Part shown: one piece after another, positions 33,252 to 43,276 of the stretch
Layout: each line of letters opens with the position of its first letter
Numbering within the stretch: the first letter of the stretch is position 1
NCBI GenBank assembly: GCA_963696385.1
Contig: CAVOKF010000007.1
Span: 448,001-512,000, forward strand
Direction: 5' to 3'
Length of the DNA stretch: 64,000 nucleotides
From: an uncultured delta proteobacterium
GTDB taxonomy: Bacteria > Myxococcota_A > Polyangia > Polyangiales > Polyangiaceae
Position numbers and translations under genes: made by a program
The notes under the pieces: generated by a model
Databases searched by the model: none
What the model was told of the DNA's origin: nothing
What the model saw: only the letters and a program-made list of their open reading frames with translations

Positions 33252-34174
33252 GTCTTGGGTGCTCAGTCGGGACGCGCGGCCACGGTGCTCGCGCTTCGCC
33301 TGGATCCCAGCGCTACAGACGCGGCAAGCGCAACACGAAGTGGTTCGTGTGCTTGCACCCCCCCCGATCGTGCATCGCACTTCGAATCGACCACGCGCGC
33401 ATCGTTCGCCTGCCGATGCTGAGTTGCGGCGTGCGCTCGCGCAAGCTGTGAGCCGGCGCTCAAATTCTAACGCGATCCTCCTGCACAGCCTCAAGCTGGA
33501 ACAGGCTCTGACACTCGCGTGACTACGCGTCGGCTGCGAGTACGCGGTCGATCCCAGACTTGCCAGGCCACCCCGACCCCGACCCAATACTTTCACCGCC
33601 GCCGGGGGAGTCGTCGGGGTTGGCTCTTGAGCCCGTGCGGATTCGGAAAAGAGGGGGAGCGATGCTGCAACAATAAGGAGGGAGCGACCCGCGAACAATA
33701 ATGGCATATGGCAAATAAATCAGGGGTGTGGGTTTGTATGTTTTGAGATTCCCCCGACAAAAGTAGTTTCGGATCCGGAAAGACCCTACCAGGAGCTGCG
33801 GGTGCGTGCGGCGAGAAATATTATAAAATCTCTGCTCCAAACAATGCGTCGGAGACACCGAAACGATGGAGACATTCGCGTGAAACTGCCCGGTGCTCCC
33901 CCTTCGGGATCCGGACCGATTGCCAAGATGCCCGATCCGTCGCGCGTTTATCTGCGACTGGAAGCCCTTTACAACCATGGATTGCCAAGAAGGAATTCCT
34001 GACTGCCCAAAGATCGCGGAAACTTCCTTCTCACCTCCTTTTCGGATCGAACGTGGCGCGGAAGCGCGTGGCAAGTCGCCGAAGACATGCCCTACCCCCG
34101 CTCGATACGTTCCTTACTTCCTGTAAGGCAAGACGCAGTCCTTGCGCAACCTTCGTCGTCTCAGTGCCGTTCGC

Positions 34175-34612
34175 TCAGCTTCGGCTGCTTGGACACATGG
34201 CGCGGGCGAGGACCAGGGCGTCCGACAGCGGGATCTCGAAGACGCCACGGCGGGCGAGCCGGCCCCACGCACGATCGCGCGCGAAGGTCAGCTGGCCTTT
34301 CAGGTCGACGAAGGGAACCTCTCGCGCGCGTTCGTAAGCGACCGCGCGGCGAAAGGGCACGAAGCCGCCGCCCATGTCGACTGGCGCGGCGGCCTCGCCC
34401 ACGACGCGGCCGATGGCCGTGAACGCACGCAACGGCGCGCCGTCGGCCATGGCGGCCCGGGGCGAGTAGTAGACAAGCCAGTCGCCGACTCCGATGCGCG
34501 CGAGCGGTCCACGCTTGCCGTGACAGAGCTGTGCGAAACCGCCTTCCACTCCGAGCCGCACGTGGGCGCGCGACACGACGCCCACCCAGGCCCGCTGCAC
34601 GGCGCCGTTCAC
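34175..34612 (-). CDS. EVE domain protein
   Basis: WVGVVSRAHV..GFAQLCHGK..GDWLVYYSP..FTAIG; GTGA-coupled to upstream gene. Confidence 0.88.
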   Translation of the reverse strand: MNGAVQRAWVGVVSRAHVRLGVEGGFAQLCHGKRGPLARIGVGDWLVYYSPRAAMADGAPLRAFTAIGRVVGEAAAPVDMGGGFVPFRRAVAYERAREVPFVDLKGQLTFARDRAWGRLARRGVFEIPLSDALVLARAMCPSSRS

Positions 34613-35028
34613 GAAGCCGCCTCGGCGTATCGAACCAGCGACTGCGTCTGCGTCGCGGCGCCTGCCGCCTGCTTGCGCGCGACCACGCGATCCCACAGGA
34701 AGGCGAGCAAACCGGTGATCTCGATGACCAGCCGCAGGCGGGTGCCCCCGGCGACGACCTCCATCTCGTGTGCCGTTCGCATCTTCGCGAGCGCCAGATG
34801 CGACACATCGACGAACCGGCGAAACGGCTCCGCCGCCTCGACCGTCATCGCCACGGCGGGCGCGCCCTTCGGCTTGAGGGTGAACCGGGCGCCGGCTGCG
34901 ATCGGCTCGGGCGCGTCGATGGACTCGATGTCCGAGTCCCAGGCCGGCCACGAGGCCACGTCGATGAGGGCGCGGTAGAGCTTGTCCGGCGCGATGGGGA
35001 CGACAGTCTCGTAAGTGTATCTCTTCAT
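34609..35028 (-). CDS. SRPBCC / polyketide cyclase family protein
   Basis: DVASWPAWDSDI..GARFTLKPKG..ITGLLAFLW. Confidence 0.85.
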   Translation of the reverse strand: MKRYTYETVVPIAPDKLYRALIDVASWPAWDSDIESIDAPEPIAAGARFTLKPKGAPAVAMTVEAAEPFRRFVDVSHLALAKMRTAHEMEVVAGGTRLRLVIEITGLLAFLWDRVVARKQAAGAATQTQSLVRYAEAAS

Positions 35029-35058
35029 GGGTCAACCTCCGAGAGCAGACCTTACGAG

Positions 35059-35114
35059 GCGGCACTGACAGATCCTGTCAGGAGCGTGGGTCGCCGACCA
35101 CCGGCTCGGGGATG
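35059..35114. repeat. Left arm of 56-bp inverted repeat, containing operator CTGACAG-N3-CTGTCAG
   Basis: 50/56 identity by manual alignment to reverse complement of 35990-36045. Confidence 0.8.
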
Positions 35115-35321
35115 CGGCAAGAGCCGTGCTTATGGGCCCCTATAAGGGGCACGGCGCGGACGCGCGGACCGATCCCGCTCGACGTGGTCGGCGGGCTATC
35201 CGACCCGAACGCCGCGCGCGCGAAAGGAACCGGCGCAAGGCCGCCCGCCAGGCGTGGAAGAAGAGTCGTAAGGCGGACCGCAACAGACGACTGCCGTTGC
35301 TGTACGCTTCGCTCCGCGTCC

Positions 35322-36026
35322 GTGTCGCGTTCCAGTCGACTCCTCCAGCTTCTGCAGGTCCTGCGCCGCCGACGTAGCCCCGTGCGTGCCGAGGCCATCG
35401 CCGGCGAGCTCGGCGTGTCGGTGCGCTCGATCTATCGCGACGTCGCGACCCTCCGCACACAAGGAGCCTCGATCGATGGCGAGGCCGGCGTGGGATATAT
35501 CCTGCGTCCGGGATTCCTGCTGCCGCCGCTCATGTTCTCCGAGGACGAGATCGAGGCGCTCGTCCTCGGCCTACGCCTCGCCCACGAGGACGGTGACCCG
35601 ACTCTCGCGAAGGCGGCCGTCGAAGCCGACGCAAAGATCCGCGCCGTGCTGCCCGCGCAACTCCTCGCCGACGCCGCACCGCTCCTCGCAGGTCCGCGGC
35701 CGGCCCGCGCGCCCGATCGGATCGACCTCGCGCAAGTGCGGCGCGACATCCGCGCAGAGCGCAAGGTCTCCATCGACTACCTGGATCTGAGCGGCGCGGC
35801 GACGACCCGGATCGTCTGGCCTTTCGCGCTGGCCTTCTTCGAGCGCGCCCGTGTGATCCTCGCCTGGTGCGAGGACCGCCAGGACTATCGCTCGTTTCGC
35901 GCCGACCGCGTCGGCGCCTGGCGAGCGCTCGCCGATCGCGCGCCGCGCACGCGCGCCGCTCTTCTTCGGGAGTGGCGCGAGAAGAACGCCATTCCCGAGC
36001 CGGAGGTCGGCGGCCCACGCTCCTGA
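35322..36026 (+). CDS. YafY-family HTH-WYL transcriptional regulator
   Basis: RLLQLLQVLRR, ELGVSVRSIYRD, GEAGVGY..LPPLMF, AWCEDRQDYRSFRADR. Confidence 0.92.
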   Translation: MSRSSRLLQLLQVLRRRRSPVRAEAIAGELGVSVRSIYRDVATLRTQGASIDGEAGVGYILRPGFLLPPLMFSEDEIEALVLGLRLAHEDGDPTLAKAAVEADAKIRAVLPAQLLADAAPLLAGPRPARAPDRIDLAQVRRDIRAERKVSIDYLDLSGAATTRIVWPFALAFFERARVILAWCEDRQDYRSFRADRVGAWRALADRAPRTRAALLREWREKNAIPEPEVGGPRS

Positions 36027-36045
36027 CACGGTCTGTCCGTGCCGC
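35990..36045. repeat. Right arm of the 56-bp inverted repeat (WYL 3' end plus degenerate operator)
   Basis: Reverse complement of 35059-35114. Confidence 0.8.
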
Positions 36046-36097
36046 GCGCCCGACGCCATGGCACGTCACGGCTGGGTCACACAACGCCGACGTTCGC

Positions 36098-37366
36098 TCA
36101 ACGGTCTGCGTCGATCCGTCCCGGCGGATGAGGCTCCGCCGGGTCCGGAATCCACGCACCGTGAAGACCGATGGGCACGCGGCAAGGAAGCCGGATCGTC
36201 GCGACCGGATCGCCTTCGAAACGGCTGGCGTCGAGGATCACGAGATCGCCCGCCTCCCGGGCGCGGTCGTACACGAAGGTGATGGCCCAGGCTTCGTCCT
36301 CGTCGATGGCCCCGGCGCGCGGCGCAAGGGCGCATTCGCCAGGCATGCGCGCCGGTCCGAAATCGTGTGCGCACGAAGTTCCGGTGGCGACGTCGTACTT
36401 CCTCAAGACCGCGCGCTGCCAGGTGCCCGTGCCCCAGTCCGAGAGCTCCACCGCGTACCCGTGCCGATAGGGCCTTCCCTCGCGCGAGGGGTGGACCCGG
36501 GGAAAGTCAACGAACCGAGCATCGAGCACGTTCTCGGTGACGCGACCGGTGCGCAGATCCAGCGCATACCGGTAGAGTTCGCATGCGGTCATCAGCCGTG
36601 GCGCACGGACTACGTCCAGGACCACATGAGTTCCGTCCTCGTACGCGTTTAGGCAATGCGAGATGAAACCAGGCTGCACATCGAACCAGGCGACGTCTTC
36701 GTCCCGACCGTCACGGCCAAGGACGCCGATGCGCGAGCGGTAGTCGTCCGACCAGCGAAGCGGCTGCGGCGAGCCCCAGTCCTCGACCAGCACCGGCAGG
36801 TCCCAGAACACGACGTATCGATCCGTGATGCCCATATCGTGCATGTACGTCGCAGCGGGCACGCGTATCGGCGCCCGGTGGACAATGCGACCCTCGGCGT
36901 CCGCGCGGTAGTACGTTACGTGCGGGATCTCTCGCCCGTATGAAAGGAAGAGGAGCTCGCCCGTGGTCGGGCACTTCTTTGGGTGGGCGATCATGGATCG
37001 CTGCAGCCCCCCGGCGAAGTCGAAGCGACCCACCGTCTCGAGCTCTGCATCGATCTCGACGGGAAGCTGCGCTTCGGCGAGCGCGAGGATGCGGCCCGCG
37101 TGCGACACAACGCTCGTGTTGGGCCCGCGCTTGCGCATCCAGCGGCTCCGGTACCACCTCGCGCGCCCGGCCTCGAGCCGTACGCCGTGGAGCATGCCCT
37201 CGCCTGCAAACCACGCAGGCGAGGTGCCGCTGCGTGGATTCGGCCCGTTTCGGACGTACGTACCGCACAGGTCGCGAGGGATCTCGCCGATGACCGCCAG
37301 ATCGTGCAGTGTGCGCTCCTCCAGCACCGGCGCATAGGCGCCCGTCAGATGAAACGGTTTCATCAA
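36098..37366 (-). CDS. Carotenoid oxygenase family protein
   Basis: YVRNGPNP, GEGMLHG, AHPK, MHD, H.LNAYE, DFPR, GLHGAW. Confidence 0.93.
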   Translation of the reverse strand: MMKPFHLTGAYAPVLEERTLHDLAVIGEIPRDLCGTYVRNGPNPRSGTSPAWFAGEGMLHGVRLEAGRARWYRSRWMRKRGPNTSVVSHAGRILALAEAQLPVEIDAELETVGRFDFAGGLQRSMIAHPKKCPTTGELLFLSYGREIPHVTYYRADAEGRIVHRAPIRVPAATYMHDMGITDRYVVFWDLPVLVEDWGSPQPLRWSDDYRSRIGVLGRDGRDEDVAWFDVQPGFISHCLNAYEDGTHVVLDVVRAPRLMTACELYRYALDLRTGRVTENVLDARFVDFPRVHPSREGRPYRHGYAVELSDWGTGTWQRAVLRKYDVATGTSCAHDFGPARMPGECALAPRAGAIDEDEAWAITFVYDRAREAGDLVILDASRFEGDPVATIRLPCRVPIGLHGAWIPDPAEPHPPGRIDADR

Positions 37367-37677
37367 TCTCCCATCGCCAATGTATGCGATGTAAATGCGA
37401 TGTATACTTTGAGGTCGTCCACGCTGCTCGTCGAAGGGCAGCTCGGTCGATTCGACCGGCCCGCGGAGGCCGCGAAGCTCGTCTCGGGCCTGCTCTTCGA
37501 AGGATTGCTCTGTCGGACTGAGTGGTCGGGAATGGAAAGCCGTCGTTGCCCGTCGGCGGATCGGCCAGTCGCAGGTGGCGCAATCTGGCTCAGGAGCATC
37601 GCGGGGAAGTGTGGGACTCGATTGGAGCGGGCAACGGCCCAGAGTTTGCTACCGTCTTGAAGCTGGAAGCTATCCGC

Positions 37678-38562
37678 ATGCGGGCATGGTCGAAGATCTT
37701 GAGAGTGGCCCTCGTGTCGTTGCTGTCCGCCGTGACCGCCGGCTGCGGAGGCCAATCGCTGTCCGATCCGGCGGAATCGCACAACGCGCAGCCCGCGGCC
37801 GGATTGGAGGGCTCGGGCGGGGACACGACGGAGGGGATCGCAGGCAGCGGCGCGTCGCCCGAAGCGGATGCGAGCGGGGTCGCGGTGAGCACCCCCGGCA
37901 CGGTCACGGGTGTCGGCTCGTGTTCGGGCGGCGGCAGTGCCGCGCCGTGCCTCATCGACGGCGCAAGTCCTGGGACTCCCATGACGTGTCCCAGCAATCA
38001 GTGCAACGTGCTCGGCTCCACGGGACCGGAGATCGCGATCACCGACGCCTGGGAGGGCGGGGCCTCCTCGGCGATGCTTGCCGGGGACCAGGCGTGCATG
38101 TCAGGCGAGACCGCCGCGTGGAGCAGCCAGACATGGGGAGCGATGCTTACGTTCAACTTGGGCCCAGAGGTCGACTCGACCGGCGACGCGGGCGTCCCTG
38201 GCTTGCCCGCCGCGATTGCGGCCCCCGTGCAGCTCACCGGATCGGGCGTCGACGTGCAGATTTCCCTCTCGAGCGGCCAGACCCCGACGGTACAGCAGGT
38301 CCTGCTCGTCGTCTTCGTGGCGGGCGCTGACGCGGGCACGTGGTACGCGGACGAATACTGCACGCAGCTCCCCGCGGCTGATGGACGACTGGTTTATGTA
38401 CCGTGGACGGCGCTCACGTACCAGTGCTGGCAGCCGGGCAACCCGGCACTGGCCGGGCCGCCTCAAACGGGAGTGGTGGGCGTTCAGGTGAGCGCCGTGT
38501 ATGAATCGACGGTGGCGGCCACGTACAACCTCTGCGTCGATCAGCTTTCGATCGCCCCCTGA
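37678..38562 (+). CDS. Putative lipoprotein, possible carbohydrate-binding beta-sandwich
   Basis: Lipobox TAGC, Gly/Ser linker, VPWTAL..CW, YNLCVDQL. Confidence 0.7.
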   Translation: MRAWSKILRVALVSLLSAVTAGCGGQSLSDPAESHNAQPAAGLEGSGGDTTEGIAGSGASPEADASGVAVSTPGTVTGVGSCSGGGSAAPCLIDGASPGTPMTCPSNQCNVLGSTGPEIAITDAWEGGASSAMLAGDQACMSGETAAWSSQTWGAMLTFNLGPEVDSTGDAGVPGLPAAIAAPVQLTGSGVDVQISLSSGQTPTVQQVLLVVFVAGADAGTWYADEYCTQLPAADGRLVYVPWTALTYQCWQPGNPALAGPPQTGVVGVQVSAVYESTVAATYNLCVDQLSIAP

Positions 38563-38686
38563 TCCCATCGGCGTGCTCACCGAGCGCGAGCTCCACATCC
38601 GCGACGGGCGCTTTCTCCGACGGCGCGGTCGGGGGCTTCGTGGGGCGGTACCCTCGCGCAAGCCCGCCGCGTGATACAACGCGCAG

Positions 38687-40531
38687 GTGACCGAGATCCT
38701 CTGGGACGGAAAGTACCGCGACCACGCGAGGATCGCGCCGGTCCGAATCGAGCTGCCGTTCCAGACCGTGGAGACGGTCAACAGCGCTCGCGATCGTGCG
38801 CGCACCCTTGAGCTCTTCGCTTCGGGCGGGTCCACGGAGTGGCGGAACCGGCTGATCTGGGGCGACAAGAAGTACGTTCTGCCCAGCTTACGCGCCGAGT
38901 TTTCTGCCAAGATCGACCTCATCTACATCGACCCGCCGTTCGACACGGGCGCCGACTTCTCGGTTACCGCCGACGTTCCGGAAACCGACCAGCTGCTGCC
39001 GAAGCGGCCGTCGATCATGGAGATGAAGGCGTACCGAGACACCTGGGGAGTGACGCCTGACGAGCGAGCTCGGGGCGTCACGTCGAAGGACAAGTACCTG
39101 CGCTGGTTCTCCGACGCAGCGTTTCTCCTCCGCGACCTTCTCGCCGACGCCGGCCTGCTCTTTGTTCACCTCGACGACAACATCGGACACGAGGCGAAGG
39201 TGGTCCTCGACGAAGTCTTCGGACCCGAGCGGTTCCGCGGAGAGATCGTCTGGCAGCTCGGTACGGGCGCGAAGAGCCGCAAGTTCTTCTCGATCCAGCA
39301 CAACATCATCCTCGTCTACTCGGGTGGGGAAACCTGGACGTTCAATCATGAGACGAACATTGCGCGCGAGCCGTTTGCTGAGGGGAGCCTCGCGACGCAC
39401 TTTCGTCACATCGACGAAAACGGGCGACGCTATCGCGTGCGCACGGTAAACGGGAAAGACTATCGCTACTACGCCGATGAAGGTCGTTTGATCGGGAGCG
39501 TTTGGACGGACATCTCCTCCATGACCGCCAACTCTCCGATCCTCGACGAGGGCACCGGTTACCCCACTCAGAAGCCGGAAAAGCTTCTCGAGCGCATCAT
39601 CGCGGTATGCAGCAACAAGAACGACCTCGTGCTCGACTGTTTCTGCGGTTCCGGAACGACCGCCGTAGTTGCGGAGAAACTCGGTCGCCGATGGATCGCG
39701 TGCGACTTGAGCCGGTTCGCCATCCACACGACGCGAAAGCGTCTACTGGCGGTCTCCGGCGCGAAGCCGTTCGTCGTCCAGAACCTCGGCAAATACGAGC
39801 GAAGCGCCTGGGCCGCGGCAGAGTTCAAAGCGGATCACCAAGCGCGCGAGGATGCCTACCGGCGCTTCATCCTCCAATTCTTCCGGGCCGAACCGCTCTC
39901 TGGCTACGTATGGCTCCATGGGGCCAAGGCAGGCCGCTTCGTCCATGTCGGCGCCGTGGACGCGCCGGTCACGGCGTCGGATGTAAAGGGCATAGCGCGT
40001 GACGTTCTTCGCGCCGCAGGTCGAGGTGGAGGAGCGGTGGACATCCTCGGATGGGAATTCGCCTTCGAGCTGAACGAGACCGCCAAGCAGATCGCCGCGG
40101 AAGCGAAGGTCCACGTTCAGTTTCGGCGCATTCCCAGAGACGTTCTGGACAAACGAGCGGTGGAGCAAGGCGACATTCAAGAGAGAGACTTTCTTGAGTT
40201 GCGTGTCTTTTCTACGAAACAACAACAAAAGGGCCGCGAGCTGACCGTTTCTCTTACCGACTTCATGATGCCATCCGAGGACCTTCCGGAGGACATCCAG
40301 TCGCTCGTGACTCATTGGTCTCAGTGGGTCGACTACTGGGCGATCGATTGGGACTTCAGGGGCGACACGTTCCACAACCAGTGGCAGTCTTACCGCACCC
40401 GCGACCTACCGAACGTCGAGTTGTCCGCGAAGCATGTGTACAAGGAACCCGGTAGCTACGTCGTCATGGTGAAGGTCATCGACCTCTTGGGCTGCGACAC
40501 GACGACGACGATCCCCGCGAAGGTGGAGTGA
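38687..40531 (+). CDS. mod: Type III R-M DNA methyltransferase (Mod)
   Basis: IYIDPPF, YPTQKPEKLL, DCFCGSGTT, VKVIDLLG. Confidence 0.93.
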   Translation: MTEILWDGKYRDHARIAPVRIELPFQTVETVNSARDRARTLELFASGGSTEWRNRLIWGDKKYVLPSLRAEFSAKIDLIYIDPPFDTGADFSVTADVPETDQLLPKRPSIMEMKAYRDTWGVTPDERARGVTSKDKYLRWFSDAAFLLRDLLADAGLLFVHLDDNIGHEAKVVLDEVFGPERFRGEIVWQLGTGAKSRKFFSIQHNIILVYSGGETWTFNHETNIAREPFAEGSLATHFRHIDENGRRYRVRTVNGKDYRYYADEGRLIGSVWTDISSMTANSPILDEGTGYPTQKPEKLLERIIAVCSNKNDLVLDCFCGSGTTAVVAEKLGRRWIACDLSRFAIHTTRKRLLAVSGAKPFVVQNLGKYERSAWAAAEFKADHQAREDAYRRFILQFFRAEPLSGYVWLHGAKAGRFVHVGAVDAPVTASDVKGIARDVLRAAGRGGGAVDILGWEFAFELNETAKQIAAEAKVHVQFRRIPRDVLDKRAVEQGDIQERDFLELRVFSTKQQQKGRELTVSLTDFMMPSEDLPEDIQSLVTHWSQWVDYWAIDWDFRGDTFHNQWQSYRTRDLPNVELSAKHVYKEPGSYVVMVKVIDLLGCDTTTTIPAKVE

Positions 40532-40534
40532 CCC

Positions 40535-43153
40535 TTGGCCGCACCAAAAGGCGGAGGACGACCGCGAAGTGTAAGGAAGCGCGATTCGGCAGCGGACAAG
40601 ACCGACAACCTGCTCGATGCGACGTCGAAGCTCAAGACGGCGCCGTGCATTCCCGCGCTTCGTGAAGCCGTCCGCGCTTGGCGCGTTGGGGGCTACGAGG
40701 GCACCACGGACACGACGCGGCGCCTTTTGTCCTACTGGTTCCAGAGCGATCATCGACGTCCGAACGGGGCACGGTTCGCCTATCACCCTGCGCAACGCGA
40801 GGCCATCGAGACGCTGATCTTCGTGTGGGAGTCCGAGCGGGTCCGTTCGCGCGCGGCGCTTTTCGAACGGTACGCGCTCGACCTGGACGAGACGCCCGGC
40901 TCGCTCACCGATGCCTTCGCTCGATACGCCATCAAGATGGCCACCGGAAGCGGCAAGACCAAAGTGATCGCGCTCGCCGTGGCGTGGCAGTTCCTCAACG
41001 CGCAGCGAGAAAGCGGAGCCGCCAAGGACTACGCCCGGACCTTCCTTCTGCTCGCGCCAAACGTCATTGTGCATGAGAGGCTCCGGACGGACTTCGCCAG
41101 CGGTCGAATCTTTGAGGCCGATCCGGTTGTGCCACGCGACCTTCGCATGCTCTGGGACTTCGACTGCGTTCTTCGCGGGGACGGTGCGAAGGCGCATGCG
41201 GAGGGAACACTCTTTGTCACCAACATCCAGCAGTTCTACGAGCGGGGGCAGGAGGCGAGCACGGAGCCGGGGCCCATGGCGGCCGTCCTTGGGCCTCGCT
41301 CTATGTCAGCCTCGAAGCTCGAGGTGGCCGATTTTCGCGAGCGCATTGGCCTGCGCAGCGGCCCTCTTATGGTGTTGAACGACGAGGCTCATCACACCCA
41401 CGCCGAAGACGGTGAGTGGACCCGTGTCGTTCGAACCCTTCATGGCAGGACTCCGCTCAACCTGCAGGTTGATCTCTCCGCAACTCCCCGCTACCCGAAC
41501 GGCGCTCTCTTTCCGTGGACGATCTTCGACTACCCGTTGAAGCAGGCTCTTCTTGACGGGGTCGTCAAACGGCCGATGCGCGGCGTCCTCGACGTCCAGG
41601 AAGTGAAGTCCGAGCGAGCTTCGATCCGCTACGAGGGCTACCTCGTCGCTGCCGTCGAGAGGTGGAAGGAGTACGTCGAGCAGCTCAGCCCGCTTAGGAA
41701 GAAGCCTCTTCTGTTCGTGATGCTCTCGAGCACATCGGAGGCCGACGACGTCGCCGACTGGCTGCGCCGAACGTATCCCCACGAGCTCGGGGCTCCGCAC
41801 GTCCTGGTCATCCATACGAACGCGGCCGGTGAAGTCAACAAGGCCGACATCGAGAAGGCGCGCGCGCTCGCTCGAACGGTCGACGAGGAGACCAACGACA
41901 TCAGAGCCATCGTCTCCGTCCTGATGCTGCGCGAGGGATGGGATGTGCAGAACGTCACGGTCGTCGTCGGGCTACGCCCCTTCACGGCCCGCGCGAACAT
42001 CCTCCCTGAGCAAGCGATCGGACGCGGGCTTCGCCTGATGTTCCGGGGGCAACCCGCAGCTGGGTACCAAGAGCGGGTCGACATCATCGGCAACGACAAA
42101 TTTCTCGAGTTGGTCGATGACCTCGAGGAGCTGGAGGGGATCCGCTTCGATGCCTTCGAGGCGGACAAGGATCGCGTCCAGATCGACACGGTCGGTCCTA
42201 CGCCAGACCGCGCCGAATTCGACATCGCCATCCCGGTTCTCTCTTTTGCCCTCGTGCGCAAAAAAGGGCTTTCCGAAGCAATCGCCGCCCTCGACGTGAG
42301 GCGACTCGACCTCCCGCCCGGATTCAGCATCCGAATCGAGAGCGACGACCCGGCGACGTTCACGTACGAAGGCTTCGACGCCGCCACGGATCGCGAGGAG
42401 ATCGAGCGACGTTACGCCGTGCCCCGGGCGCGCACGGCGCAGGAGGTGATCGGCTACTACGCGCGCCGGATCGGCGATGATCTGAAGCTGCCTTCTCAGT
42501 TCGCTACTCTTGCGCCAAAGGTCCGGGAGTTCTTCGAGCACCGCTTTTTCGGCGAGCCGGTCGACCTCGACAATCCAAGGGTTGTCCGGTTCATGGCGAG
42601 TGCTGCTGCGCGCCATCTCACGGTCGGCGCGTTCGCAAGGGCTTTTCGAGCCGTCGCTGCAGCAAGCGCCGAGCCGCGCGTCGTCGCACAGGCTCGCCGG
42701 CTTTCAGAGTGCCCGCCCTTCCCATGGTCGCAGTGGCTCGTCGACACCGGCCGCACGGTCTTCAACCTCGTGGCCTGCGACAACGAGTACGAGCGCACGT
42801 TCGCGCGCTTTCTGGAGAGTGCCGAAGGCGTAAAGGCCTTCGCGAAGCTTCCGCTCCGTTTCGGTTTCGCCGTGGAGTACCTCGACGAGAAGGGCAGCCT
42901 GCGGCTTTACTACCCCGACTGGGTGGTTCGGGCCGCTGACGGTCGGTCGTACCTCCTGGAGACAACGAGGCAAGTCGCCTCCGACGTCGCCGCGAAGGAT
43001 CGCGCGGCGCGGCTGTGGTGCGAGAACGCGACGACCGTCGCAGGTCAAGAATGGCGCTACATGCGCGTCGAGCAGAGTGAATTCGAGCGCCTCGCGCCAG
43101 CGCAGTTCTCCGACCTCACCGCCCTCAGCAGGACGGTACACGGGGTCGCATGA
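40535..43153 (+). CDS. res: Type III restriction subunit (Res), SF2 helicase plus PD-ExK-like domain
   Basis: QREAIE, KMATGSGKT, NDEAHH, SATP, REGWD, QAIGRGLR, YYPDW..LETT. Confidence 0.92.
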   Translation: MAAPKGGGRPRSVRKRDSAADKTDNLLDATSKLKTAPCIPALREAVRAWRVGGYEGTTDTTRRLLSYWFQSDHRRPNGARFAYHPAQREAIETLIFVWESERVRSRAALFERYALDLDETPGSLTDAFARYAIKMATGSGKTKVIALAVAWQFLNAQRESGAAKDYARTFLLLAPNVIVHERLRTDFASGRIFEADPVVPRDLRMLWDFDCVLRGDGAKAHAEGTLFVTNIQQFYERGQEASTEPGPMAAVLGPRSMSASKLEVADFRERIGLRSGPLMVLNDEAHHTHAEDGEWTRVVRTLHGRTPLNLQVDLSATPRYPNGALFPWTIFDYPLKQALLDGVVKRPMRGVLDVQEVKSERASIRYEGYLVAAVERWKEYVEQLSPLRKKPLLFVMLSSTSEADDVADWLRRTYPHELGAPHVLVIHTNAAGEVNKADIEKARALARTVDEETNDIRAIVSVLMLREGWDVQNVTVVVGLRPFTARANILPEQAIGRGLRLMFRGQPAAGYQERVDIIGNDKFLELVDDLEELEGIRFDAFEADKDRVQIDTVGPTPDRAEFDIAIPVLSFALVRKKGLSEAIAALDVRRLDLPPGFSIRIESDDPATFTYEGFDAATDREEIERRYAVPRARTAQEVIGYYARRIGDDLKLPSQFATLAPKVREFFEHRFFGEPVDLDNPRVVRFMASAAARHLTVGAFARAFRAVAAASAEPRVVAQARRLSECPPFPWSQWLVDTGRTVFNLVACDNEYERTFARFLESAEGVKAFAKLPLRFGFAVEYLDEKGSLRLYYPDWVVRAADGRSYLLETTRQVASDVAAKDRAARLWCENATTVAGQEWRYMRVEQSEFERLAPAQFSDLTALSRTVHGVA

Positions 43154-43276
43154 GAGTGGAGCTCGAACAGGTCGGCCCGTGCCGCGCCGGTCCTCCGCGT
43201 CGCTTGCGTGGCACGCTTCGCGCAACCGGTCGCGATTCCGCGGACGTGGGCGCTTCCGTGCACTAAGGTGAGGGCC

